The position numbers were made by a program, and so were the translations under genes. This document shows, in pieces, positions 50,592 to 59,926 of a stretch of 64,000 nt of DNA; within the stretch, counting starts at the first letter, position 1; each line of letters starts with the position of its first letter. Where the stretch lies: assembly GCA_029863605.1 (NCBI GenBank), contig JAOTVB010000003.1, positions 201,658-265,657 on the forward strand, given 5' to 3'. The notes beneath the pieces were generated by a model, which made no database searches, had not been told where the DNA came from, and worked only from the letters and a program-made list of their open reading frames with translations. The DNA is from Myxococcales bacterium. GTDB taxonomy: Bacteria; Myxococcota_A; Polyangia; Polyangiales; Houyiibacteriaceae.

Positions 50592-51892
50592 GCGCGGACG
50601 AGCCTCTCGACTGTCGAGAGAAGCTCGTCGTCGAGCACGCCCACGCAGGTCAGGTAGGCGTGTTGGGGGTCGAGGTACTTCTTGGCAGCCCGTTGAATGT
50701 CGTCGGTTCTGACTGCCGCGACTTGGTGCGCGATGGTCGCGACCTGCTCCGGCAGACCGAAAAGGACACTGGTGCCTACGAAATCGACCGCGTCCTCCGG
50801 GTCGTCGCGAACCCTTTGGAGGTTCCATAGGTACCTTCGTTTTGCCTTCTCGACTTCTTCTTCGGTGGGACCCCACTCCTGGAGCTCACGGATCAAGTCG
50901 AGCGTGGTCTCGACGAGCAACGGCGCCTTCTTGTGTTCGACTGACGCCCCAAAATCGAACACGCCGCAGTCTTCGAAAGTGTCGTTTCCGGCGAAGGCGT
51001 CGTACGCCAGGCCCCGCTCCTCGCAAATGACCCGATGGACCCGCGTGCTCAGACCATCGTCCAAGACCCGGCCGAGGAGCAAGAACACAGGTGCCAACGG
51101 GCTCTTCAATCCTGGCGTGTGAAACGAGAGCTGCACGTCGGTCTGGCTGCCGGGCTCACGGACATAGCTAAAGCGCTTCTGATCTTCGGTTGGGACGCTC
51201 GGGGTAGGCTCGATCGGTCGCCCTTGCCCCATTCCCTCGAAGCACTTCCGAATCGAGTCCGCCAAAGGCTCCACATCAAACGCGCCCGCGACGCAAACGA
51301 CGGAGTTCGGCCCCGTGTAATGATGTCGGTGGTGGCGCTGCAGATCCTCTGTTGCGAAGCGCTCGAGGTTCTCCAAGGGACCTGCGATCGAGAACCCGAG
51401 GGGGTGGTCTCGATAGAGCAACCGACGCGACACATTATCGATGTCGATTTGCTCGCCGCTTTCGTTCAAGTCCTCGAGGATCTCTTCTCGGATGATCTGC
51501 TTCTCAGTTCCCATCTGGGTCAACAAGGGTTGTCGAAGCACCTCCGCGAGAAGCTCCGTCCCTCGAGCGATCGTCTCGCTCGGCAACGTCAGGTCATAGC
51601 TCGTGAAGTCGACGTGCGTCGTGGCCTCGAGCGTGCCCCCAAGCCCTTCGATCGCGAGGCTGAGGTCGTGGGCCGCGGGGTGTCGCTCCGTCCCGCGGTA
51701 GAGCATGTGTTCGAGGAAGTGGCTGAGTCCGTTCGTTTCGAGAGTTTCGTACCGCGATCCCACTCGGATGAAGCATGAAATCGTCGCGGACTGCAGATGT
51801 GGCAGAGGGATTAGCCGGACCCGCAGGCCGCTCGGAAGCGTCATCGACGCACACGGCAGCTCCGGAAGGCTTGCTCCGTTAACTGTTGCCAT
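50588..51892 (-). CDS. M16 (pitrilysin/insulinase) family zinc peptidase
   Basis: The inverted zinc motif HFLEHMLYRGTE (HxxEH) is present. Start chosen at ATG 51890-51892 (MATVNG); 51844 is an alternative. The long upstream extension overlaps the PpiD-like gene. Confidence 0.8.
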   Translation of the reverse strand: MATVNGASLPELPCASMTLPSGLRVRLIPLPHLQSATISCFIRVGSRYETLETNGLSHFLEHMLYRGTERHPAAHDLSLAIEGLGGTLEATTHVDFTSYDLTLPSETIARGTELLAEVLRQPLLTQMGTEKQIIREEILEDLNESGEQIDIDNVSRRLLYRDHPLGFSIAGPLENLERFATEDLQRHHRHHYTGPNSVVCVAGAFDVEPLADSIRKCFEGMGQGRPIEPTPSVPTEDQKRFSYVREPGSQTDVQLSFHTPGLKSPLAPVFLLLGRVLDDGLSTRVHRVICEERGLAYDAFAGNDTFEDCGVFDFGASVEHKKAPLLVETTLDLIRELQEWGPTEEEVEKAKRRYLWNLQRVRDDPEDAVDFVGTSVLFGLPEQVATIAHQVAAVRTDDIQRAAKKYLDPQHAYLTCVGVLDDELLSTVERLVRA

Positions 51893-53483
51893 CCTGCGTT
51901 GGGAGCGGGTTGATTCGCAAAGCTTGGTCGACGGTCGCCTGGTCTCGAAGCTTCCGTATGTAGAGGTCCAACGTCTCTCTTTTCTTGAGCGTACGAAGGA
52001 CTTCTCGCGTCGAGTCGCGAAGGTCGTCGGTGAAAGCGGCTTCGTCGGGACGCTTCCGATCGATGATCCGGAAGACAACCCACTCGCGCCCGATCTGTAC
52101 TGGCTCCGAAGGAAACGCTTGCCCCTCGGGCACCGCAAACACGGCGTCGAGCATCGCGCTCGTCGGCAGACCGACCAACGGTGCATCGCTGCGTCCAAAC
52201 TCACCCGTCTCCAGTAGGGTAGGCGCCAGGGTGGACTCGGGAGTCTTCTTGCCATCGGCGGCGAGCTTGCTTCGTACGGCCTGGTCATCAGAGCTCTTCC
52301 AGAGGGAGAGCGTGGCTGCCGCCGCCGTCTTCGTACGCGATTGGATCAGATCCCGGCGGTATAGGTCTTCAGCAAGCTCGCGCTTAGCCTCTTCTTTGGG
52401 GACGTCTCCTTCTCGGATGCTCAGCACCTTGATGATGTGATAACCGAACTCCGTCTCGACGACGTCCGAGATCCCGCCCACTTTCATCGCGAAAACCGCT
52501 TCGTCGTAGGCCTCGGGCATGGTGCCTTTGGGCTGGTACCCAAGGTCGCCTCCCTTGGGGCCGGTGATTTGATCCTCGCTGTTCTGGCGGGCAAGAGTCG
52601 AGAAATCTTCGCCTGCCATCGCGCGCTTGTGCAATGCATCGGCCTTCACCTTGGCCTCTGCTTTCTCCTCTTCCGAGACGTATGACCCCGTCTTGACCAA
52701 GATGTGTTGAGATCGGACTTGCTTGTCCAAGTTCGTGTACCGGTACTTGTTGGCTTCGTACTCTTTTTCGAGGCGATCGTCGCTTTCGGCCACCCACTTC
52801 TCGAGAGTCGCCTCCGAGACGTCGGGCTGCTCCTTGCTGTAATAAGCTGGCGAGAAGCGCACGTATTGGAGCTCGGCCTTGTCGTTCTCGCGGACGTAGT
52901 CGTCCCACGCTTCGGCATCGCTCACGTTGACTGTCGAGGCCACCAACTCGCGCATCTGGGCGGCGAGGTATTCGTCGACCTGTCCCTCCGCAAACTCGCC
53001 CACGCTTCGACGAAGGCCGTTTTCTATGTAGCGTTTCGCGAGCTCTGCGTTGAACTTCCCGTCTTTGTCCGCGAAAGACACGGGAATCTCTCCCTGCGGC
53101 ACTTCGGGAGGTGCATCAACACCGAGAGTCAGCAGAATGACACCGTCGTTGACGAAGCGCTCCATCACCTCATCCGCCCCGACCTTGAACCCTACCTTGC
53201 GCGCCTCCCTGGCGAGCAACGTGCGGTCGATCAATCCGTTGAGAACCAACTGCGGCAATCCCATCGCTTTTTGAGTTTCCGCAGGCAGTCGTCCGAAGTT
53301 GCCTACCGCGTATGCCGCCTCGAAGTCGCCTCGGCTGAGGGTCCTGTCGTAGACACGAGCGAGATAGGTGGACCCCCCAGCTGTGCAACCCTCTGCCTGT
53401 CCGCCCCCGAATTGAAGAGCGAACACCGCGGAGAGCAGCACCACGAGGAGCACGAGAAAGAAGCCTTTGAGCTTATCCGCCAT
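51879..53483 (-). CDS. PpiD/SurA-like periplasmic chaperone with parvulin PPIase domain
   Basis: N-terminal TM (FFLVLLVVLLSAVFAL). The parvulin domain runs SQHILVKT...GGDLGYQPKGTMPEAYDEAVFAMKVGGISDVVETEFGYHIIKV. Confidence 0.8.
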   Translation of the reverse strand: MADKLKGFFLVLLVVLLSAVFALQFGGGQAEGCTAGGSTYLARVYDRTLSRGDFEAAYAVGNFGRLPAETQKAMGLPQLVLNGLIDRTLLAREARKVGFKVGADEVMERFVNDGVILLTLGVDAPPEVPQGEIPVSFADKDGKFNAELAKRYIENGLRRSVGEFAEGQVDEYLAAQMRELVASTVNVSDAEAWDDYVRENDKAELQYVRFSPAYYSKEQPDVSEATLEKWVAESDDRLEKEYEANKYRYTNLDKQVRSQHILVKTGSYVSEEEKAEAKVKADALHKRAMAGEDFSTLARQNSEDQITGPKGGDLGYQPKGTMPEAYDEAVFAMKVGGISDVVETEFGYHIIKVLSIREGDVPKEEAKRELAEDLYRRDLIQSRTKTAAAATLSLWKSSDDQAVRSKLAADGKKTPESTLAPTLLETGEFGRSDAPLVGLPTSAMLDAVFAVPEGQAFPSEPVQIGREWVVFRIIDRKRPDEAAFTDDLRDSTREVLRTLKKRETLDLYIRKLRDQATVDQALRINPLPTQDGNS

Positions 53484-53649
53484 CACCAATTGCCGTTTAA
53501 AGAGGCGGAACCATAGAGGAGAGGTGGAGGAACGGCAAACTGGTGTTTCCAGCAGGCCCGGGCGCTGGGGAGTTTGCTAGATTGGGCGGGGAATCTACAC
53601 TCCGCGGCGTGTCCGAGAAACAGCCCCTACGTGGGGCAAGTGAGGGGAT

Positions 53650-54219
53650 GTGGTCCAGGGTTCGAGCCTACCGCCACTGAAGACCAACAAGGGTAAGTAC
53701 GGGATCCTGCTGCTGATTCTTCTTCTGACGATCGGCGGGTTTTGGCTGTGCACCCAGAGGACGAAGGCGCCCGAGTCCAAAGCCGAGCTCCCAGCACCCG
53801 TTCCGCCCACTCGCGAGCAGTTCACCCCTGAGATCGACATTCCGGAAGAAGACGCGGGGGAGCCCAACCAAGGCGAAGTCGACGTAGCCGAACGCAAGCG
53901 CCCTCGAGAGCCCGTCGAGTGCAGCGGCTCCCTCGAGGCTGCCCAGATCCGCGGAGTCATCAATGGTCCGCCCCGGAAGCAGGTTCAGACGTGCTACGAG
54001 CGCCGTCTCAAGGACAACAACCTGCTTCAGGGCCAGATGATGGTGCTGTTGACGATTGCACCGTCCGGTTCTGTGAGAAACGTTTCGGTGTCGGGGTCTC
54101 TACGCGACGCCCAGGTCTACTCGTGCGTGAGGCGAGTCGCGCGGACCTGGAAGTTTCCGAGGCCCGAAGGAGGATGTGTTCGCACCGCAGTCCCCTTCAC
54201 CATGACGCCGAAGCTGTAG
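53650..54219 (+). CDS. AgmX/PglI C-terminal (TonB_C-like) domain protein
   Basis: N-terminal TM, then a Pro/Glu linker. The C-terminal part is QVQTCYERRLKDNNLLQGQMMVLLTIAPSGSVRNVSVSG...CVRRVARTWKFPRPEGG. The domain name is from memory. Confidence 0.6.
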   Translation: MVQGSSLPPLKTNKGKYGILLLILLLTIGGFWLCTQRTKAPESKAELPAPVPPTREQFTPEIDIPEEDAGEPNQGEVDVAERKRPREPVECSGSLEAAQIRGVINGPPRKQVQTCYERRLKDNNLLQGQMMVLLTIAPSGSVRNVSVSGSLRDAQVYSCVRRVARTWKFPRPEGGCVRTAVPFTMTPKL

Positions 54220-54292
54220 GCGACAGCGTGGTTGGTCCCGGCCGGGTCTACGGCCCGTCAGTCGGTCTCGCCCACCACCCTTGCGCTATCGC

Positions 54293-55321
54293 CTAGTCTC
54301 CGACGAATCGAAGCAGATCTGCGACGTCCGATGGGCTTCCCATGAACACCGGGGTGCGTTGGTGAAGCTCCTTCGGCTTGATGTCGAGAATGCGGTTCTT
54401 TCCATCTGATGCGGCTCCGCCTGCGGCTTCCACCAAGAACGCCATCGGATTGGCCTCGTAGAGGAGGCGAAGTTTCCCTTTGCGGTTCTTGACGTCTTGT
54501 GGGTAGGCGAAGATCCCACCGCGCAATAAGGTCCGGTGCAGATCGGCGACCATCGCCCCGATGTACCGCAACCGGTAGGCTTTCTTGTTCTCGTTTGGCG
54601 TCTTGATCCAGTCGACCCACCTCTGGATGTGTTCGTCCCAGTTGTGGTAGTTGCCCTCGTTGATCGAATAGATCGCACCGCGGTCGGGAATGCGAATATC
54701 CGGGTGCGACAAGAAGAACTCGCCCACGCCTGGATCATAAGTGAAGCCGTCGGCGCCCACGCCAGTCGAGTAGACCAGCATGTTCGAGGAGCCATAGACG
54801 ACGTAGCCCGCAGCGATGATGTCACGCCCGGGCTGCAGCAGATCCTCGAGTGTGCCTGGCGTCCCATCAGGGCTGATGCGTCGGTGAATCGAAAAGATCG
54901 TCCCGATCGAGGCATTGATGTCGATGTTCCCAGAGCCGTCGAGCGGGTCGAACTGCAGAACGTACTTCCCCTGTGGGTACTGGATCGGGACCGGGATCGG
55001 CTGCTCGATCTCCTCGCTTCCCATGACGCAAACATGCCCCCCTGCCTCGACAGTGCTCACAATCGTATTGTTGGCGAACATGTCGAGCTTCTGGACCGCC
55101 TCGCCCTGGACGTTGGTCTTGCCCGTCAAGCCCAGGATGCCGGAGAGTCCGGCCTTGCTGACCCGGCTGGCGATGATCTTCGAGGCGAGCGTGATCTGCT
55201 GGAAGAGTCCGGTGAAATCGCCTGTAGCCTCGGGCATCCGACGTTGGCGGTCGAGCAGATGTCGCTCTAAGGTGGTCCCGATGGGGCTGACTTCCGCGGG
55301 GCCGATCGAACCTACCGTCAT
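54293..55321 (-). CDS. fbp: class 1 fructose-1,6-bisphosphatase
   Basis: FDPLDGSGNIDINASIGTIFSI and YEANPMAFLVEAAGGAASDG are FBPase class 1 signatures. Start at ATG 55319-55321. Confidence 0.9.
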   Translation of the reverse strand: MTVGSIGPAEVSPIGTTLERHLLDRQRRMPEATGDFTGLFQQITLASKIIASRVSKAGLSGILGLTGKTNVQGEAVQKLDMFANNTIVSTVEAGGHVCVMGSEEIEQPIPVPIQYPQGKYVLQFDPLDGSGNIDINASIGTIFSIHRRISPDGTPGTLEDLLQPGRDIIAAGYVVYGSSNMLVYSTGVGADGFTYDPGVGEFFLSHPDIRIPDRGAIYSINEGNYHNWDEHIQRWVDWIKTPNENKKAYRLRYIGAMVADLHRTLLRGGIFAYPQDVKNRKGKLRLLYEANPMAFLVEAAGGAASDGKNRILDIKPKELHQRTPVFMGSPSDVADLLRFVGD

Positions 55322-55441
55322 GGCTGCGGGGCATACCAGAGGGCCCCACGCGGCGCTAGGCTGGCCGGGAGAAACTATGTCCCTGATTAGGGATACCAAT
55401 CTACGGTTGTATTCATGTAAACTTACCGTGTTGGGACATCT

Positions 55442-56239
55442 GTGACGAACTTCCGTAACTGGTTGAAGAGCGCCCACGCACGACGCTCGGGAATCCCCCG
55501 TTTGAGAGGCGTGAAGGGCCTACCCGACGTGCTGACGCGCGGCGAGCTGAGCGTGGTCTACCAGCCGATCGTCTCTCTCAGCACGATGGAGCCTTTCGCC
55601 TACGAAGCACTCGTTCGGAGCAATTCGCCGCACTGGATCAATCCACCCAAGCTCTTCGATGAAGCGATCAACAGCCGTTGCGTCGGTGCCCTTGGGCGCG
55701 CGATTCGCGAGATCGCCACGGCGAACTGCGGTAACGCACCACTCTTCCTCAACGTGCATCCGAACGAGTTTGACGAGTCATGGCTGGTCCAGCCTGACGA
55801 CCCGATCTTCACGCACGATCAGCCGATCTATCTCGAGGTCACCGAATCGGTTCCGCTGACACACTTTGCGTACTGCCACAGCGTGCTTCGCGAGATTCGA
55901 GGCAAGGGCGTCTCGCTCGCGGTGGACGACCTCGGTGCCGGCTATTCCAACCTCAAGTACATCGTCGACCTCAGGCCCGAGATCGTAAAGCTCGATCGAA
56001 CGTTGATCGCGGACCTCGCGGATGACCGTCGTGCTCAGGTCCTCGTACGGCACATCGTTCGGCTTTGTCACGAGCTCGGTGCGCGCGTCGTTGCCGAGGG
56101 CATCGAGCAAGAGACGGAGATGAAAGTAGTTGTCGACTGTGGTGCGAACTATGGCCAGGGCTACTATTTTGCGCGACCTGCCTATCCCGCGCCCGGTGTA
56201 AGCGCAACGCCGCGTGCCGTGATGAGCAAGGGGGCGTAA
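55442..56239 (+). CDS. stand-alone EAL domain c-di-GMP phosphodiesterase
   Basis: YQPIV...YEALVR, LNVHPNE, LEVTES, DDLGAGYSNL, VKLDR, AEGIE and GQGYYFARP are all present, so all usual catalytic positions are intact. Confidence 0.85.
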   Translation: MTNFRNWLKSAHARRSGIPRLRGVKGLPDVLTRGELSVVYQPIVSLSTMEPFAYEALVRSNSPHWINPPKLFDEAINSRCVGALGRAIREIATANCGNAPLFLNVHPNEFDESWLVQPDDPIFTHDQPIYLEVTESVPLTHFAYCHSVLREIRGKGVSLAVDDLGAGYSNLKYIVDLRPEIVKLDRTLIADLADDRRAQVLVRHIVRLCHELGARVVAEGIEQETEMKVVVDCGANYGQGYYFARPAYPAPGVSATPRAVMSKGA

Positions 56240-56240
56240 T

Positions 56241-57887
56241 CTAGAACGGCACGGATTGGTAGCTGACGTCGCCGGCTTCGTGGCCTTCGACTTCGTGAAT
56301 CGCCGTCACTCGGCTGCCATCAGACCCACGTGCGACGGCGACGACCGCGTGGACGGTGCTTCCGACAAGCTCGGCGATACAAGATCGATTCGCACCACCA
56401 CAGCTTGCCGCCAATACCAAACCCTCGATCGCGTCTTTGGTGCTCGAGCAGTGGACGCCGAGGAGGTGTCCGGGGTCGCGTCCGCTCACGGCCGCGAGTG
56501 CAGCTACCGAGTCGGCCCCGGTGAGGTCGTTCATAATCACGTGGTCGGCGCGTAGGCGCGCGCCTTGGTTGATCGCATCCACCATCGACATGCCGGCCTC
56601 CGCTGCGGTCAGCGCGATCACTTTTTCGCGATCGACATCGAGGTCGGGAATCGCTTCGATCACCACGGTGTTCTCTTCTTCGGGAAGTTGTTGCGCTATG
56701 GCGGACAGCAAGGTGGTGACCCCGGAGCCTTGAGGGCCGACTACGACGATATTGCGGCACTCCGCGACGGCCTTTGTCAGGTATGCTGCCGCGTCTGCGC
56801 TCATCCAACCTTCTTCGGCGAGCTTGTCTAGCGACACGGCGCGGCCAACTCGGATCTCGATCACCGGACCATGGGCCACCAAGGGCGCCTGCAGGATCGT
56901 CACTCGCGGGCCAAACGACAAGCGACCGTGAAACACCGGCTGGTTTTCCAGCGCGCGACCCGTTTGAGCAGCGAGCCGGTGGGCTACGACTTGGAGTGCA
57001 CGAGATGAGGAGAAGGACAGCGCGGTCGATCGCATGCCTGCCCCCGTATCGATGAGCACGCGTTTCGGTCCGTTCACGACGACCATTTGAACCGCATCGT
57101 TCGATAGCACGTCATCAAGGGCACCGAGGCCTACCGCTTCATGCAGCGCGATGTGCGCGACCTGCCGCATGTCGACCTCCGCGTTGACCGATCCGTCGGT
57201 CTGCATCGTGAGGAATGTTTCTGCGATTGCCGCACGTGCCGCGGACCAACGCTCTTGGTCCTTCATCGATGCTGGGTCCAGAGCCTCGACGTCGATTCGA
57301 TCTGCCAGCCGGGACATCAGCGCGGCAGCGGGTTCGTCCGTCGGTTCATGCTTCTTCGAAAGAACCGCCTCGTCCGTTTGTCTGCGTTCGATACGCGGGG
57401 GCAGGCTAGTTTTCAAAATTTCGCTTGCCTGGCCGCTCCTAGCTCTCGAAGCTCTGGAGGATCTGAACGGTGAAGAGGTTCTGACCGGTATTGAAGACTT
57501 GATTGGGATCGACGCGTTGGGTGGCATCGACGATTTGCTTGGCAGAGGGGGTGGTTCCGACAAACTGCCTTCGGCTGAGCTCTCGGGTTGATCGTTCTCG
57601 CCCGACTCGAGCGTGATGATGAAGTTGGCGATGTAGATCTTGTCGCCCGATTTCAACGGATGGGGTGACGTGATCTTGCGACCGTTGACCCACGTTCCGT
57701 TCGTGCTGTTGAGGTCGACGACGACCGCTCTTTCGCCCATTAAAGACAAGCGTGCATGCTGCTTGGACACATTGCGTTTGGCCAAGACGATGTCGTTTCC
57801 TTGAACGCGCCCAACGGTTACTTCCGGCTTCGAAAAATCGAGCCGCCGCCGTACACCCCCCTCATCGGTGATCACCACCGCGTACAT
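56241..57887 (-). CDS. FHA domain + CpaF/TadA-like type II/IV secretion ATPase fold, with substituted catalytic motifs
   Basis: N-terminal FHA domain (VTVGRVQGNDIVLAKRNVSKQHARL...NSTNGTWVNG). The C-terminal region aligns by eye with CpaF, but Walker A reads GPQGSGVTT (56712-56738). Confidence 0.8.
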   Translation of the reverse strand: MYAVVITDEGGVRRRLDFSKPEVTVGRVQGNDIVLAKRNVSKQHARLSLMGERAVVVDLNSTNGTWVNGRKITSPHPLKSGDKIYIANFIITLESGENDQPESSAEGSLSEPPPLPSKSSMPPNASIPIKSSIPVRTSSPFRSSRASRARSGQASEILKTSLPPRIERRQTDEAVLSKKHEPTDEPAAALMSRLADRIDVEALDPASMKDQERWSAARAAIAETFLTMQTDGSVNAEVDMRQVAHIALHEAVGLGALDDVLSNDAVQMVVVNGPKRVLIDTGAGMRSTALSFSSSRALQVVAHRLAAQTGRALENQPVFHGRLSFGPRVTILQAPLVAHGPVIEIRVGRAVSLDKLAEEGWMSADAAAYLTKAVAECRNIVVVGPQGSGVTTLLSAIAQQLPEEENTVVIEAIPDLDVDREKVIALTAAEAGMSMVDAINQGARLRADHVIMNDLTGADSVAALAAVSGRDPGHLLGVHCSSTKDAIEGLVLAASCGGANRSCIAELVGSTVHAVVAVARGSDGSRVTAIHEVEGHEAGDVSYQSVPF

Positions 57888-58122
57888 TGCTCGTTCATTC
57901 AAAGGCCGCCGAACGCCCCCGTCAAGTGACTGGGGATGACTCGGCCCGCCGGATGACCGCCGCCCAAACATTCGCCCAGAGGGAGTAAGCCGCCAAAAGG
58001 TGGAAATTACTGCGTTTAAATTAGGTCAAAGTCGCATCTATCCTGGTTAGGGGTTAAAAAAAGCCCTTCGACTGGCCGGAATCGGTACCACCGAACGGGT
58101 CAACTGGGGTAGCTTACGCCGC
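57888..58122. promoter_or_regulatory. AT-richer divergent intergenic region (probable promoters for both flanking genes)
   Basis: This 235-bp gap lies between divergent genes and is visibly lower in GC than its surroundings (tttaaattaggtcaaagtcgcatctatcctggttaggggttaaaaaaagc). I could not map specific -35/-10 boxes with confidence. Confidence 0.3.
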
Positions 58123-58767
58123 ATGCCGGGAGGGTTTTTGATCGTCGAGGACGAGCCTACGCTTGCTCGTACTCTCGCCCGTACCTTTGGCCGTCACGGT
58201 CCGGTCGAAGTCGTTCACGACATGGCGGCTGCCCGCGACAAATTACGAACCCAGGGCGAATGGACGGGTGTGGTGCTCGATTTGATCCTGCCCGACGGTT
58301 ACGGCCTGGACCTTCTGGCCGAGATTCGCCAGGTTCACGGGGCCCTCCCGGTTCTGGTGCTCACCGGCGAGCTGAATCGTGATGTAGTCAACAAAGTTCA
58401 GACGATGCGCGGCGAATATGTCTGTAAACCTGCCTCGGCCGACAACTTGAATCCGTTCATTCAGCGCGCGTTGGCACAAGAGCGAGTCGACGATGCGGCG
58501 ATAGGTCAGCGGATCGAGCACCTATCCCGGCAGCTCAAGCTCACTCGGCGAGAGACCGAGCTCTTGACGCTCTCCGTCGATGGGCTTTCCCGAAAAGAGC
58601 TGGCAGAGGCGCTAGGCGTCGCCGAGAACACGGTCAAGGCTCAAATTCGCTCACTCTTGAAGAAGAGCGGTGCCCGTAGTCTCGCGACACTTGCGCAGAA
58701 AGTGATCAAGGGCGCCGTCCACGACAGCATCCCCCCGGGGAGCCCGAACCCAGACGTCACGGGTTGA
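58123..58767 (+). CDS. LuxR/NarL-family response regulator
   Basis: Receiver (FLIVEDEPT...VVLDLILPDG) plus a LuxR HTH (TRRETELLTLSVDGLSRKELAEALGVAENTVKAQIRSLLKK). Confidence 0.85.
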   Translation: MPGGFLIVEDEPTLARTLARTFGRHGPVEVVHDMAAARDKLRTQGEWTGVVLDLILPDGYGLDLLAEIRQVHGALPVLVLTGELNRDVVNKVQTMRGEYVCKPASADNLNPFIQRALAQERVDDAAIGQRIEHLSRQLKLTRRETELLTLSVDGLSRKELAEALGVAENTVKAQIRSLLKKSGARSLATLAQKVIKGAVHDSIPPGSPNPDVTG

Positions 58768-59324
58768 GCACTTCTTCTGCGATTTCAGTTTCGGTGGTCG
58801 CACTCTACGTGCTGGTGCTTGCCGCGTGCACCGAGGAAAACAGGGCCCCGCAGGTGCGAACGGAGCTTACTGCGTCATCCCCATCCCCGGCCGATCCGTA
58901 CTCGCATTCGCCGTCTCGTTTTGGGGTCGTGCATCTACACGCCGGATTCAATCCCGACCCTCGCGTCGTTGAAGGTACCGCCCATGGTGAAATACCAGCA
59001 CGCTCGATTCATCGAAGGTGCAGAGGGTGGATCGCCGAGGTACCCGACTACGTTCTCGCCGCCGACACCGCTTTCCTTCGGCTTCACGTGCTCGGGCGTT
59101 CCCGCGAGGATGTGTCTCTGGTCGTCCGCAAACCCGATGGAAGCGTGGTCTGCAACGACGACCGGAACGGTATGCGGGATCCGATGGTTCGATCCGACTT
59201 CCCCATCGGCTCTGCCCAGATTTGGGTCGGCGTTCCCAGCCAGGGCGCTACCGCCCTCTACCGCGTCGGATTCTCCGAGGTGGAATGGCGTTCGTCGGCG
59301 GTCCCATTGCCCGATTCTTACTAG
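58764..59324 (+). CDS. hypothetical lipoprotein
   Basis: The TTG start overlaps the regulator stop (TTGA). Signal and lipobox VLVLAAC. The beta-rich body ends in VVCNDDRNGMRDPMV...IWVGV. Confidence 0.55.
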   Translation: MSTSSAISVSVVALYVLVLAACTEENRAPQVRTELTASSPSPADPYSHSPSRFGVVHLHAGFNPDPRVVEGTAHGEIPARSIHRRCRGWIAEVPDYVLAADTAFLRLHVLGRSREDVSLVVRKPDGSVVCNDDRNGMRDPMVRSDFPIGSAQIWVGVPSQGATALYRVGFSEVEWRSSAVPLPDSY

Positions 59325-59923
59325 TCGCGCCCCTTGCGGCGCCACAGGGCGAGTCGCTCTTTGCCCTCGCGTCCAGGGTGCGTGTGCTCGGCTTCGGTCA
59401 CTTCCAGCAGCTCGAATTCGTCCTTGACGAGCCCTCGGACCAAGTCTGTGTTTACGGGCCACGGAGGGCCGGACGCATTGGGAGGAATCGGATCCGCGTA
59501 CGGGAAGAGCAGGGTGGCGAGCAGGCCATTCGGCTTCACCAAGCGCGACATGATTCGAGCCCATGCCTCGCGTTGCCCTGGATCGAGCGCGCAGAAAAAG
59601 GTGTAGTCCCAAACGAAGTCGAAGGCACCGGTTGGGTCGTACGTGAAGAAATCGCCTACTTCATAGGTGGCCGGACCAGGGAGGTCTTTGTGGCTCTCGA
59701 CGAACGCGGCCCGTGCATCAATCGAAACGTCCAAACCTATAACCACGCGTTCGCTGTCGGCTAGAGTTGCGAGATCGTAACCCGCGCCACAACCCGGTAC
59801 GAACACTCGCCCCGAGGGGACCCGCCCTTCAGCCAGCAAGCGTCGGAGCGCAGGTGGGGACCGTCCCTCGTCCCAAGGAGTGACACGTTTTCTCCAAGCA
59901 TCTTCCCAATCGACCGGTGGCAA
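59321..59923 (-). CDS. SAM-dependent methyltransferase, TPMT/halide-thiol methyltransferase-like
   Basis: WEDAWRKRVTPWDEGRSPPAL...VFVPGCGAGYD resembles the TPMT family N-terminus plus SAM motif I. Confidence 0.65.
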   Translation of the reverse strand: MPPVDWEDAWRKRVTPWDEGRSPPALRRLLAEGRVPSGRVFVPGCGAGYDLATLADSERVVIGLDVSIDARAAFVESHKDLPGPATYEVGDFFTYDPTGAFDFVWDYTFFCALDPGQREAWARIMSRLVKPNGLLATLLFPYADPIPPNASGPPWPVNTDLVRGLVKDEFELLEVTEAEHTHPGREGKERLALWRRKGRD

Positions 59924-59926
59924 CGC

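Noticed and set aside
49890-50876. 328-aa minus-strand ORF covering moaD-moaE; also 60059-61078 (+) covering cysQ-like/otsB and 59018-59764 (+) over the methyltransferase
   Set aside because: All lie opposite genes with clear family motifs. Their products are low-complexity and basic.
51893-52288. N-terminal extensions of several ORFs: M16 peptidase to 52288, fbp to 55477, IMPase to 22489, response regulator to 14019, FHA-ATPase to 57971
   Set aside because: The extensions are Arg/Ser/Pro-rich, precede the point where family homology begins, and would overlap neighbouring genes or promoters. Internal ATG starts give canonical N-termini.
55377-55439. 7-bp inverted repeat atgtccc / gggacat separated by 49 nt in the fbp / EAL divergent region
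   Set aside because: The arms are short, the spacer is long, and there are no other copies in the window. It could arise by chance and is at most a weak operator candidate.
58105-58119. Sigma-54-like GG-N10-GC element (tggggtagcttacgc) upstream of the LuxR regulator gene
   Set aside because: Only the GG and GC dinucleotides match. The element ends 3 nt before the ATG, leaving no room for a leader or RBS.
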